Program-made: the position numbers and the translations under genes
Notes under the pieces: model-generated
Told to the model about the DNA's origin: nothing
Seen by the model: only the letters and a program-made list of their open reading frames with translations
The model's database searches: none
From: Phormidesmis sp.
GTDB lineage: Bacteria; Cyanobacteriota; Cyanobacteriia; Leptolyngbyales; Leptolyngbyaceae
Length of the DNA stretch: 64,000 nt
Direction of reading: 5' to 3'
Assembly (NCBI GenBank): GCA_965248535.1
Contig: CBDFJR010000005.1
Span: 1,408,001-1,472,000 of the forward strand
Shown here: piece after piece, positions 49,722 to 59,703 of the stretch
How positions within the stretch are numbered: position 1 is the stretch's first letter
How the letters are laid out: each line of letters starts with the position of its first letter

Positions 49722-50801
49722 ATGAAGTCTACCTGTGACGTGCTGGTGATGGGCGGCGGCATCATCAGTTTAACGATCGCGCTAGAGCTAAAACGACAGG
49801 GTGCCTCGGTGACGATCGTGTGCCGCGATTTTGCCGAAGCTGCCACCCACGCTGCCGCCGGAATGCTCGCCCCTCAAGCCGAAAAAATGCTCCCCAGCCC
49901 CCTGCTAGATCTGTGTCTTCGCAGTCGTGCCCTCTATGCTGACTGGGTTTATAAGCTAGAAGAACTCACTGGACTCAACACGGGATATTGGGACTGTGGA
50001 ATTTTGGCACCTGCCTATCTAGAAAACCCAGACTTTAAGGATCACGATCTAGAATCATGGCTCGATCGGGCAACTATTCACCAGCGTCAACCGGGGTTAG
50101 GGGCTGATGTCGCTGGCGGTTGGTGGTTTCCTGACGACGCGCAAGTAGACAATCGGCTGCTGGCCAAAGCGCTATGGGTTGCCGTTCAAGAATTGGGGGT
50201 CAACCTCCAAACTGGGGTGACGGTAGAGGAGATTGTGCAGAACGGCGATCGCGTCACTCATCTTCAAACATCCGCCGGAATCTTGCAAGCGCATCACTAC
50301 GTTCTAGCTACCGGAGCTTGGTCACAGAGTCTTTTGCCTATTCCCGTGACTCCCAAAAAAGGACAAATGCTATCGGTGCAGGTGCCAGCCGACGCAATGC
50401 CGCTAAAAACGGTGCTGTTTGGGGCAGACAGCTATCTCGTGCCTCGACAAGACGGACGAATCATCGTCGGCGCAACCAGCGAAGAAGTTGGATTTACTCC
50501 CGGCAACACGCCCCTAGGAATTCAAAAACTTTTGTCGGCTGCGATTCGGCTCTATCCCGCCTTGCAGAATTATCCGATTCAAGAACTTTGGTGGGGGTTT
50601 CGCCCTGCTACGCCGGATGAACTGCCGATTTTAGGAGCGAGTCCCTATCAAAACTTGACCCTGGCAACGGGACACTACCGCAACGGAATTCTATTAGCAC
50701 CGATAACCGGAGTCACGATCGCCGATCGGGTGCATCAAAAGTCTGACCCGTTGCTAGATGCCTTCCACTGGTCACGGTTCAGCCATAGCAACTCCAACTG
50801 A
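49722..50801 (+). CDS. thiO: Glycine oxidase
   Basis: AAAGMLAP, VLATGAWS, GFRPATPD, GHYRNGILLAP; near thiG. Confidence 0.93.
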   Translation: MKSTCDVLVMGGGIISLTIALELKRQGASVTIVCRDFAEAATHAAAGMLAPQAEKMLPSPLLDLCLRSRALYADWVYKLEELTGLNTGYWDCGILAPAYLENPDFKDHDLESWLDRATIHQRQPGLGADVAGGWWFPDDAQVDNRLLAKALWVAVQELGVNLQTGVTVEEIVQNGDRVTHLQTSAGILQAHHYVLATGAWSQSLLPIPVTPKKGQMLSVQVPADAMPLKTVLFGADSYLVPRQDGRIIVGATSEEVGFTPGNTPLGIQKLLSAAIRLYPALQNYPIQELWWGFRPATPDELPILGASPYQNLTLATGHYRNGILLAPITGVTIADRVHQKSDPLLDAFHWSRFSHSNSN

Positions 50802-50911
50802 CCCAATTTCTGCCTCAGCCTGCGGAAGCACAGTCGGTCAGTCTCGATTTCAGCCATAATTGAGACTCTCACTCGTGCTTCAACCTGAAAGCAAAAGGCA
50901 GGAAAAAGCCA

Positions 50912-51595
50912 ATGGTCGCCACCCCTTCATTAATCCTCTATCCCGATTCTGACGGGTTGCCCATGTCAGATAACACCCGACAGTTTGAGTATATTGTCTA
51001 CGTCAAGAAAGGCGTGGACTGGTTATTTAGCGACGATCCACAGATTTTTGTGGGGGGAGATCTGCTGTGGTATCCCGTCGAAGGCAACAACAAGCTGCGC
51101 CAAGCGCCCGATGTAATGGTGGCGTTTAACAGACCCAAAGGCGACCGAGGCAGCTATCAACAGTGGAAAGAAGACAATATTCCTCCGCAAGTCGTCTTTG
51201 AAATTATCTCTCCAGGCAACACCATTCCTGAAATGACGCGAAAGTTTCAGTTTTATGAGCGTTACGGAGTGGAAGAATATTATATTTACGATCCCGATCG
51301 CTTAAGTCTAGGAGGATTTCTTCGCCAAAACGATAGGCTAGAAGCGATCGAAGTAATAGAAGGCTGGGTGAGTCCTCGCTTAAACGTGCGCTTCACCCTC
51401 AACCAAGACGGAGGTTTAGAACTCTATCGGCCCGACGGGCGACTGTTTGAGCGCTATGAAGAAATCGCCGCACGAGCAGACCGAGCCGAGCAAAGAGCAA
51501 CTCAGGCAGAAGCTGAGGTCGATCGCTTAAAAGCGCAACTCAGAGCAATGGGTCATAACCCAGACCATGTGATAGGAACCGAAGGAAGAGAATGA
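50912..51595 (+). CDS. Uma2-family (DUF820) endonuclease-like protein with coiled-coil tail
   Basis: [38 protein letters not shown]. Confidence 0.9.
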   Translation: MVATPSLILYPDSDGLPMSDNTRQFEYIVYVKKGVDWLFSDDPQIFVGGDLLWYPVEGNNKLRQAPDVMVAFNRPKGDRGSYQQWKEDNIPPQVVFEIISPGNTIPEMTRKFQFYERYGVEEYYIYDPDRLSLGGFLRQNDRLEAIEVIEGWVSPRLNVRFTLNQDGGLELYRPDGRLFERYEEIAARADRAEQRATQAEAEVDRLKAQLRAMGHNPDHVIGTEGRE

Positions 51596-51596
51596 T

Positions 51597-52424
51597 ATGC
51601 AGACACTCGACAAACCTACCGAACGTCCGATAGAAGATGGCTTAGTGATCGCCGGCCGGACGTTTCGATCGCGCCTCATGACCGGAACCGGAAAATATCG
51701 CACCTTTGAGGAAATGCGCCAGAGCATCGCTGCTAGCGGTAGCGAAATCGTCACCGTTGCCGTTCGTCGCGTGCAGACCAGCGCCCCAGGGCACGAAGGA
51801 CTCGCCGAAGCGTTGGATTGGACAAAAATCTGGATGCTGCCCAACACCGCAGGCTGTCAAACGGCCGAAGAAGCGGTGCGAGTCGCTCGTCTGGGTCGAG
51901 AAATGGCAAAACTGCTCGGTCAAGAAGACAACAACTTTGTCAAGCTCGAAGTGATTCCTGATGGGAAGTATTTGCTGCCCGACCCGATCGGCACCCTTGA
52001 AGCCGCCGCCCAATTAGTCAAAGAAGGCTTTGCGGTCTTGCCTTATATCAATGCCGATCCTTTATTAGCCAAGCGATTAGAAGAGGTTGGCTGTGTGACG
52101 GTGATGCCGTTGGGTTCCCCGATCGGGTCAGGGCAGGGCATCAAAAATGCTGCCAATATTCAGATCATTATTGAGAATGCGAAGGTTCCGGTGGTGGTCG
52201 ATGCAGGCATTGGTGCCCCTAGCGAAGCCGCCCAAGCGATGGAAATGGGAGCCGATGCGCTGTTAGTCAACACGGCGATCGCCCTGGCGACCAATCCACA
52301 GGCGATGGCAAGGGCGATGAATCTCGCCACCGAAGCGGGTCGTCTTGCCTACCAAGCCGGGCGGATTCCAGTCAAGGCTTATGCCAGTGCAAGCTCACCG
52401 ATGACGGGCACGATCGGCAGATAA
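51597..52424 (+). CDS. thiG: Thiazole synthase
   Basis: [41 protein letters not shown]. Confidence 0.97.
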   Translation: MQTLDKPTERPIEDGLVIAGRTFRSRLMTGTGKYRTFEEMRQSIAASGSEIVTVAVRRVQTSAPGHEGLAEALDWTKIWMLPNTAGCQTAEEAVRVARLGREMAKLLGQEDNNFVKLEVIPDGKYLLPDPIGTLEAAAQLVKEGFAVLPYINADPLLAKRLEEVGCVTVMPLGSPIGSGQGIKNAANIQIIIENAKVPVVVDAGIGAPSEAAQAMEMGADALLVNTAIALATNPQAMARAMNLATEAGRLAYQAGRIPVKAYASASSPMTGTIGR

Positions 52425-52466
52425 AGAGTCTGAGATACATAGGATTGAGCCGAGTCAGCTTCTTTG

Positions 52467-52706
52467 TTAGGGCTTTTGCTGATCAAAGAGCTTCTCAAAC
52501 ATCTGAGTTTGACGATCGACGATCGCAACCAAGCGCGTAATGTTGTCTGCCTGCTGCTGACTGATTAATGCCTGCTGCTGAGTGGTTAGCCTAATTTCTG
52601 TTATTCCCTCAGTGAGTCGCCCCACTTGCTCAGTCAGCATCTCAAGATTCTCAGTGATGCGATCGAGCCGAGGATAGATGCCGCTAGATTCATTGGATGG
52701 GTTCAT
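52467..52706 (-). CDS. Small coiled-coil hypothetical protein
   Basis: Heptad-like RLDRITENLEMLTEQVGRLTEGITEI. Confidence 0.6.
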   Translation of the reverse strand: MNPSNESSGIYPRLDRITENLEMLTEQVGRLTEGITEIRLTTQQQALISQQQADNITRLVAIVDRQTQMFEKLFDQQKP

Positions 52707-52898
52707 TATTCAGTTGCTTCTCCAGGGGTGAGATCTTCGATTGTTTCAGTCAAGTAGAGGGCTGTCAACCGCTTCACAACTCCCTGAATTTTCGGCTATT
52801 GTGTCCAGATAAACACAAGGTTAAAATTTCTTACCTCAGACTGAGAATAATGGCTAAAAGTTTGCTAAACTTAACAAAACACCTCAGGAGACGTTCCT

Positions 52899-53069
52899 AT
52901 GCGCTACACCGTTGAAGAAGGCGGCCGCTTAAACAACTACGCGATCGAGCCTAAAATCTATGAAGCGACCCCTCCAACCGCCTCACAAAAGCGTAACTAT
53001 TTGATTCTAGGCACGGTTGGCGCGCTGTTGGTGGGTGGTCTGATCTTTGTTGCGGTTTCTGTCTCATAA
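52899..53069 (+). CDS. psb34: Photosystem II assembly factor Psb34 (Ssl1498 family), 56 aa, not in ORF track
   Basis: Manual translation MRYTVEEGGRLNNYAIEPKIYEATPPTASQKRNYLILGTVGALLVGGLIFVAVSVS*; AGGAG RBS. Confidence 0.9.
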   Translation: MRYTVEEGGRLNNYAIEPKIYEATPPTASQKRNYLILGTVGALLVGGLIFVAVSVS

Positions 53070-53343
53070 GATTTTCACTTTAAAATATCCCCTTTACGAT
53101 CGCACCTCAGACTTTAGCGAGTTTGAGATAGCCAGGTTACTTACGCACAGTGAGCACCTGGCTTTTGCGTGCTCACCATCTCGCGATCGCATCCAGGGCC
53201 GCACAGACCGCTTAACATGGGGGATAGTTGCGTGTTTAGACAGTTTTTTAAGTGTCTATTCCATCCTGACCTCGGCAAAACCGAGTCGAAAAGAATGGCA
53301 TCTCAATCTACACCGTCATCTTGCGTGACATGGATGATCACTG

Positions 53344-55434
53344 ATGCCACTCGTTGATGCTCAACCTGCCTCTAGCAACCTAGTGACCGAGCTTGTTTCT
53401 CAAAATTTCTCAAGCTTAAACCAACCTATCTACTTGCGCTTGAGGCTGGCGCTGAGTCTAAACCTCCGTCGTCAGATTTTGATCGCAGTCTGTGATGATG
53501 TGCGGCTGCGCGATCGCTTTGCGACCCGACTTCAGGCAGATTTAGAAACCTCGCCGCTTAACTTTGAGCTTAAACCAAAACCTAGTTACAACAGTCAGAC
53601 AGACGACGTTCCCAAGTTAGTGACGCTCAATCTCAGTCTAGAAAACCCAGATGTCTTAGCGCAAATTCATCAGTGGCGATCGTCAAAACCCAGGCGCATG
53701 AAATCAGCCTTTGACCTGACTACCAGTTTTCAAATGGTTGGGGTTGAGTCTCTGACGCGTCAGCCTGTCCAGATTCAGCGTGAGTTTCTCAACTCATTGC
53801 AGCAATTAGCCGAGCAGTTAGCCACCGTAGACTTTAACCTAGTGCTCTGGGTGTCGCGCCCCTGGTGTCGAGCGATTTTGCAATCAGTGCCCGAATTTTG
53901 GCAGTGGCACACCGGAGTGTTTGAATTTGAAGGCGACCCAACCCCGGTTGGCACCGATCAGCGAGCCAGAAAAATCCGTCAACCCTCTACGCTTGCCTCT
54001 CAGCCCGCGATCGTCCAACTGTCTGCTCCCCTTCCCCAACCGTCTGCTCCTGTCTCAACGCGATCGCAAGCAGAACTCGATCTGGCTGATCTGGTTTTAG
54101 CGGCCGTCGAACAGGCCGTTTCCGAGTCTGACTCCAAGTCTTCTTTCAATCTAGAGCACACGGGTGAGCCGCTCCGCATCTTGCAACACGTAGAGGAATT
54201 GCACCGCGATCGGGCCCCTGCCGCCGTGCTTTCTTTGACCTATCAACAGCTAGGAGACTGCTATCGAGCGCAGGTTGAGCAGGGCAATTCATCGCTGCAA
54301 TGCCTGACGATCGCGTGTCTCGCCTATGAGCAAGGGCTGAGGTTTTTAGCGTCAGATTCGTCTGACCGTCCTGATCTGCTCAACGATATTGGCAGTCTTT
54401 ATTGGATGCTGTCTCGCCAATCGCCCGATCAGGCCCTGCCCAATTTAGAGAAAGCCATCAGCGCCTATCAATTGGCTTTAGAGCCGATCGATCCCGAAGC
54501 GCGATCGCAGACTTATGCCATGATTCAAAACAATTTGGGATCGGCTTACAGCGATCGGGCTTATCATCAAGATCCCGTCGAAAACTTGCAGCAAGCGATC
54601 AGCGCTTATCAACAGGCTCTGAAACATCGCCCGGCAAACGATGATCCCTCTCGCTATGCTGCAACGCAAAATAATCTGGGCACGGCTTTCTGGAATCTGG
54701 CTCAACACAAAGCATCGACTCTAAACTTGCAGTCGGCGATCGGGGCTTATATAGAAGCGCTCCATCACTATGACCCAGAGCTAGAGCCGCTGCACTATGC
54801 CATGATTCAAAACAACTTGGGCACCGCTTATTGGAATCTGTCTCAATGTCCACGTCATGAGCCGTCTGAACTGCTCAACGCCACCCCAGAAGACTTTTTG
54901 ATGCTGGCGATCACCGCCTATCGCATCGCTCTCATTTATCGCACGTTAGAAATAGTGCCTGCCGCCAATGCCGCCACGCAAAATAATCTGGGCACGGCCT
55001 ATTGGCATCTAGCAACCCTATCGTCTACTCACCCCGCCGATCGATCGCAGCATCTGCACAACGCAATCACGGCTTATAAAGACGCGATCGCCGCCGTCCA
55101 TGCTCTCTCATCGACCATTCCCTCCCCTATAGCCTTGACCTTTGATTTGTATGCAGCCCATAACAATTTAGGCTCGGCTTATCATCAGTTAGCCACTGAC
55201 GATCGCGCCGCTCTAGAGTCAGACACTCGATCGCACTATCTAGAAGCAGCCCTTTCTCACCAAGTGCAGGCTGTGCAAGGCTGGCAAGAAAACCCGGAGT
55301 TTTGTGAAAGTGCGATGGCCCATCTAGTTCAAACTGTGAGAACGCTGCACGATCGCCAGGGCATTCAAGGTCAAACCCTAGCATTTTCAAAGATTCCGGC
55401 GCAGTTGCTCCCCACGGTGATGAAGCAGATTTAG
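53344..55434 (+). CDS. Tetratricopeptide-repeat protein with N-terminal degenerate NTPase-like region
   Basis: Repeated YAxxQNNLGxAY units; N-terminal LVLWVSRPW...PEFWQWHTGVFEF. Confidence 0.85.
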   Translation: MPLVDAQPASSNLVTELVSQNFSSLNQPIYLRLRLALSLNLRRQILIAVCDDVRLRDRFATRLQADLETSPLNFELKPKPSYNSQTDDVPKLVTLNLSLENPDVLAQIHQWRSSKPRRMKSAFDLTTSFQMVGVESLTRQPVQIQREFLNSLQQLAEQLATVDFNLVLWVSRPWCRAILQSVPEFWQWHTGVFEFEGDPTPVGTDQRARKIRQPSTLASQPAIVQLSAPLPQPSAPVSTRSQAELDLADLVLAAVEQAVSESDSKSSFNLEHTGEPLRILQHVEELHRDRAPAAVLSLTYQQLGDCYRAQVEQGNSSLQCLTIACLAYEQGLRFLASDSSDRPDLLNDIGSLYWMLSRQSPDQALPNLEKAISAYQLALEPIDPEARSQTYAMIQNNLGSAYSDRAYHQDPVENLQQAISAYQQALKHRPANDDPSRYAATQNNLGTAFWNLAQHKASTLNLQSAIGAYIEALHHYDPELEPLHYAMIQNNLGTAYWNLSQCPRHEPSELLNATPEDFLMLAITAYRIALIYRTLEIVPAANAATQNNLGTAYWHLATLSSTHPADRSQHLHNAITAYKDAIAAVHALSSTIPSPIALTFDLYAAHNNLGSAYHQLATDDRAALESDTRSHYLEAALSHQVQAVQGWQENPEFCESAMAHLVQTVRTLHDRQGIQGQTLAFSKIPAQLLPTVMKQI

Positions 55435-55531
55435 CCAGATTCAGATCAGCCTCGACGAAATTTTAGATTAGCGATCGTCGTTTCGTCGTTGCAGGCAGCA
55501 TAATTTGCATAGCCATCTTTCTACTTTGCCC

Positions 55532-56431
55532 ATGCTTAACGAAAGCGAATACTTTGAAAAGGCCGAAGCTACACGAGTCCGGGTGCTGAGTGAGGCGCTG
55601 CCCTACATTCAACAATTTGCCGGACGCACGATCGTCGTCAAATACGGCGGCGCAGCCATGAAAGATGCTGCCCTCAAAGAAAAAGTCATCCGCGATGTCG
55701 TGTTTATGTCGTGCGTGGGGTTGCGCCCGGTGCTCGTGCACGGCGGCGGGCCTGAAATCAACTCATGGCTTGACAAACTAGGCATTGAGCCGCAGTTTAA
55801 AAACGGGCTGCGCGTCACCGATGCCGCCACAATGGATGTCGTCGAGATGGTGCTGGTCGGTCGCGTCAACAAAGAAATTGTCTCACTGATCAACCAGGCA
55901 GGCGGCTCGGCAGTCGGACTCTGCGGCAAAGATGCCAGTCTCATCACCGCCCGCCCTGCGGATGAAGAAGGCATCGGGTTTGTGGGCGAAGTCACTAACG
56001 TCAACATCCAGATTCTAGACTCGCTGGTTAAAACGGGTCACATCCCCGTCGTCTCTAGCGTCGCCGCCGATGAAACAGGACAGGCGTATAACATCAACGC
56101 CGACACCGTGGCCGGAGAGCTTGCCGCCGCCCTAGGGGCCGAAAAGTTAATCTTGCTCACCGACACAGCAGGAATTTTGCGTGACTATAAAGATGTCGCC
56201 ACCCTGATTCAACGGCTAGATATTCAAGACGCTCGGCGACTGATCGAAGACGGTGTGGTCTCTGGCGGCATGATTCCAAAGGTCAATTGCTGTGTGCGAT
56301 CGCTAGCCCAAGGCGTTCGGGCGGCCCACATTATCGATGGCCGCCTCCCCCACGCCCTGCTGCTTGAGATCTTCACCGATGCCGGGATCGGCTCAATGAT
56401 CGTCGCGTCTGAGTTTATGGGCAACCGTTAG
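55532..56431 (+). CDS. argB: Acetylglutamate kinase
   Basis: [35 protein letters not shown]. Confidence 0.97.
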   Translation: MLNESEYFEKAEATRVRVLSEALPYIQQFAGRTIVVKYGGAAMKDAALKEKVIRDVVFMSCVGLRPVLVHGGGPEINSWLDKLGIEPQFKNGLRVTDAATMDVVEMVLVGRVNKEIVSLINQAGGSAVGLCGKDASLITARPADEEGIGFVGEVTNVNIQILDSLVKTGHIPVVSSVAADETGQAYNINADTVAGELAAALGAEKLILLTDTAGILRDYKDVATLIQRLDIQDARRLIEDGVVSGGMIPKVNCCVRSLAQGVRAAHIIDGRLPHALLLEIFTDAGIGSMIVASEFMGNR

Positions 56432-56498
56432 GGAGCCACTAGAGAAGGAACTTTAAAGTTCGAGATTCTGAATTGCTGACCCTCCTCATCTGCACTCT

Positions 56499-57542
56499 AT
56501 GCCCAACTTTCTCTCACGCCTCAGTTATCCCATCGCCTCGATCAACTTGGCTCAACGGGTCAAGAGCCAAGAAGACAAGCTGCCTGTCAAAAATGAGGGC
56601 TGTCGATCGCTGTTTCTGCTGCACGCGGCTCCGACTTCTAAAGTCTGTTTATTTTTTCACGGCTTTACGGCGGCTCCCTACCAGTTTTTGCCGATGGGGC
56701 GCACGCTCTATCAGGCTGGCTATAACGTTCTGATTCCTCGGATGCCGGGTCACGGTCAGGCAGGTGACTGGAATCGCGACAACCCTCCCCCTCTGCCCAC
56801 CAGCGCCGACACCTATAAGCAATTTGGGCTGGATTGGCTGCAAAAAGCTCAGACTTTGGGCGATCGTGTCGTCGTTGGCGGTCTATCTGGCGGCGGCACT
56901 CTAGCAGCATGGCTGGCGATAGAGCGTGCTAAAGACATCGATCGGGCCCTGCTGTTTGCCGCCTATCTCAGCAGCAGTAACAAAGTGATCGATCTATTTG
57001 TCAAAACCTTCAACACTTATTTTGAATGGATTGATGACACCCCGCCTGAGAAAACCATTGGCTATAAAGGCTTTATGGTAGCGGCTCTGCGGGTCTATCT
57101 CGATATAGGCAAAGAGATTCTTCAGCGCTCAAAAGATCAGCCTTCTGCCCCGATGTTTATCGTTTCGACTGAGGCGGATAAAGCCGTCAGCAACCCCGAT
57201 CACCAGGCTCTATTTGAGAATATTGTCAAGCGACAGCCTAAATCTTGGTATTACGAGTTCGATCGCATCCTCAACATTCCGCACACGATGTTGACTAAAG
57301 CCGAGGGCAACAAATGGGAAAATCTGCTCAACGTCATGGCCAAAGCCTATGTGCAGAGCGATCTCACTTGGGCTGAAGTCGAAGAAATTGCCTATCGCAT
57401 GACCGATGGCAAGACCTTTAACCAGGTCGTTGCAGAATTGAAGGTCGGCGATCGGGCCTCCCCTGATATGCCCGCTTTCATCACTATGATGGATAAGCGA
57501 GCGATCGTGCTCAAACGCAATCCCAGTTTGGATCAGGTCTAA
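56499..57542 (+). CDS. Alpha/beta hydrolase (esterase-like)
   Basis: FFHGFT, MPGHG, GLSGG nucleophile elbow, candidate Asp (DKAV) and His (PHTM). Confidence 0.88.
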   Translation: MPNFLSRLSYPIASINLAQRVKSQEDKLPVKNEGCRSLFLLHAAPTSKVCLFFHGFTAAPYQFLPMGRTLYQAGYNVLIPRMPGHGQAGDWNRDNPPPLPTSADTYKQFGLDWLQKAQTLGDRVVVGGLSGGGTLAAWLAIERAKDIDRALLFAAYLSSSNKVIDLFVKTFNTYFEWIDDTPPEKTIGYKGFMVAALRVYLDIGKEILQRSKDQPSAPMFIVSTEADKAVSNPDHQALFENIVKRQPKSWYYEFDRILNIPHTMLTKAEGNKWENLLNVMAKAYVQSDLTWAEVEEIAYRMTDGKTFNQVVAELKVGDRASPDMPAFITMMDKRAIVLKRNPSLDQV

Positions 57543-57561
57543 ATCCTATTTGGAGGTGCCC

Positions 57562-58098
57562 ATGCTATCGACTCCCGATGCTCCCACCGTTTCTCTCGAA
57601 GAGTTTTTGGCAAACCCACCCGATCGCACAGAGTGGATCAATGGGCACCTCATCAAAAAACAAGCCATGACTGCAAAAACAGGACGAATTCAAGCCAGAC
57701 TCGCTCGTTATTGGGGCAACTACGCAGCCTCTAGTGGTCAAGGAGGAGAAGTGTATACCGAAACCTCGTGCCGAACGGTTGGACGAACCCGCTGCCCTGA
57801 TGTCGCCTATCTAACGCCCGATCTCGTGGCTGAATATGGCGATTTTAAGATTTTGCCCCGCAGTTTCTCGCTAATTGCTGAGGTGGTTTCGCCCAACGAT
57901 GAAGCCGAAGAGGTGTTCACCAAAGTTCGAGAATATCTTGCCTCTGAGTGCGAAGAGGTCTGGCTAGTGTTTCCAGATAGTCAGTGGGTGCTGGTGATCA
58001 CCAGTCAACAGCAGGAGTTACGGGGGCTAGAAGATGCCGCCACTACTCACAGCGTTTTGTCTGGTTTTAGCGTGGCGGTCAAAGAATTAATTGCCTGA
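57562..58098 (+). CDS. Uma2-family endonuclease-like protein
   Basis: EWINGHL, RCPDVAY, IAEVVSP, EVWLVFP; GGAGG RBS. Confidence 0.88.
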   Translation: MLSTPDAPTVSLEEFLANPPDRTEWINGHLIKKQAMTAKTGRIQARLARYWGNYAASSGQGGEVYTETSCRTVGRTRCPDVAYLTPDLVAEYGDFKILPRSFSLIAEVVSPNDEAEEVFTKVREYLASECEEVWLVFPDSQWVLVITSQQQELRGLEDAATTHSVLSGFSVAVKELIA

Positions 58099-58182
58099 TG
58101 ACGACCCTGCCAGCCTAGAGAGGTGGAATTTGGTTCTCAGATATCCTAGGATGCAAGAGTAGCCACATCAATTCATAAACCT

Positions 58183-58719
58183 GTGAGTTCTGAACAGTTA
58201 GATCTTGCGACCACTGACTATGAAACCGGAAAACACGCCTTTGAGCGCGGTGAATACCGCAAGTCAGTGCAGTTTTTAGAACGCGCTAACGCTTTAGCCG
58301 AGCCAGGTTCGCGCTTTGGAGGAGAGGTGCAGATCTGGCTCGTGACGGCCTACGAAGCCGCCGGACAGCGATCGGACGCGATCGCCCTCTGCCAAAAAAT
58401 TAGTCGTCATCCTGACATTAAAACTCGCCAACAGGGTAAGCGACTGCTCTACATTCTTGAAGCCCCTAAGCTGCAAACTCGCCCTGAGTGGCTGACTGAG
58501 ATCCCTGATCTGTCATCGCTGTCAGACAGTGAAGCTAAAGACAATCGAGGCGTTTCTAAATTTGGCTCGGCGACTCCGCCCAAACTTACTCAAAAGCCCC
58601 GTCCGGCTATTCCAGAACCTGTGGATTTAAGTCAGGTCAATACCCAAGACAATTTCTTTATTTGGGTCGCGCTGATTGCCGCCGCTCTAGTCGTCGGTGG
58701 GCTGGCTTGGGCGAGTTAA
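58183..58719 (+). CDS. TPR-like protein with C-terminal membrane anchor
   Basis: AFERGEYRKSV, QIWLVTAYEAAG, LLYILEAPKL, hydrophobic C-terminus. Confidence 0.8.
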   Translation: MSSEQLDLATTDYETGKHAFERGEYRKSVQFLERANALAEPGSRFGGEVQIWLVTAYEAAGQRSDAIALCQKISRHPDIKTRQQGKRLLYILEAPKLQTRPEWLTEIPDLSSLSDSEAKDNRGVSKFGSATPPKLTQKPRPAIPEPVDLSQVNTQDNFFIWVALIAAALVVGGLAWAS

Positions 58720-58782
58720 GTTCTTTACTTAGACAATGCCAGGGTCATACCGAATCTTTTGCGGGCGATTTTGTAGCGAGTT

Positions 58783-59679
58783 GTGTTGGTTAACGCCTTA
58801 GCTGCTGCGATTTTTCTGAAAGTAGTGTTAGATATGATTGGACTCCCGACTCTGTTCACGATGCCTTACAGAATTGCCAGCGCTGTTTCCCTCACCGATC
58901 GCGCACTGCGTTTTTTGCGACAATCGAGCCTAATTTGGGTTCTCTTCGCTAGTTTGCTGCTGTCAGGCTGTGTAAAATCTGAGGTAGGCATCAATTTTGA
59001 AAGTCCTAATCGCGGCACGATCGTGCAGCACATTCGCCTTGATGAGCGACTGACCAGTTTTAGCAGTGGCACGGCTCAAAAATGGCTTGACGGCATTGAG
59101 AAACGAGTTCGCAGAATTCAGGGAAAAACTCGTCGCCTCTCAAACCAAGAGATTTTAGTCACGATTCCGTTTGGCAACGGTAGAGAATTAGAGACCAGAT
59201 TTAACGAATTTTTCAGCCCGATCGCTGATCTCCCTTCTCGCACTCGCAAAGAGTTTGACTTGCCCAAACTCGATTCTCATCTTAAAGTCCAAGAGGGCAA
59301 TTTCATTCTCCTACAGCGTCACCGCTTGATTTATGATCTAGACCTGCGATCGCTAGGAGTTCTTGCTCCAGATGGCAGTTTGCTGGCCAGTCCAGGTTCG
59401 CTATTAGAGCTAGAGTTTGGGCTGACTGCACCCTGGGGTGCGCGTAACGTCGGGACACGATCGCAGGTGGGCACCCCGATCGTGTCCCGACGAGAAGGCA
59501 AGCAGCTAATTTGGAAGCTGCAACCAGGGCAAAGCAACCATCTAGAAGCGATTTTTTGGCTCCCTAACCCGTTGGGCATCGGGGCGGCTGTGATTGGAGC
59601 GATCGTAGCAGGTGGAATCTATTTCAGACGCGCCATGCCCGCCGCGACGATTTCACCCCCTCTAGTGCCCAACTCCTAA
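58783..59679 (+). CDS. DUF3153-family lipoprotein
   Basis: Lipobox LLSGC, YDLDLRSL, WKLQPGQSNHLEAIFWLP, C-terminal TM; true start probably downstream (58834/58861). Confidence 0.78.
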   Translation: MLVNALAAAIFLKVVLDMIGLPTLFTMPYRIASAVSLTDRALRFLRQSSLIWVLFASLLLSGCVKSEVGINFESPNRGTIVQHIRLDERLTSFSSGTAQKWLDGIEKRVRRIQGKTRRLSNQEILVTIPFGNGRELETRFNEFFSPIADLPSRTRKEFDLPKLDSHLKVQEGNFILLQRHRLIYDLDLRSLGVLAPDGSLLASPGSLLELEFGLTAPWGARNVGTRSQVGTPIVSRREGKQLIWKLQPGQSNHLEAIFWLPNPLGIGAAVIGAIVAGGIYFRRAMPAATISPPLVPNS

Positions 59680-59703
59680 CGATCCCCTCATCACCCTTAC
59701 CGG

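Noticed and set aside
49190..49722. TPP riboswitch upstream of thiO/thiG
   Set aside because: No recognisable TPP aptamer core was found; the space is occupied by a small ORF
52697..53357. ORF-track entries 52697-52915, 53047-53328 and 53169-53357
   Set aside because: No protein-like features; two of them overlap the better-supported psb34 gene
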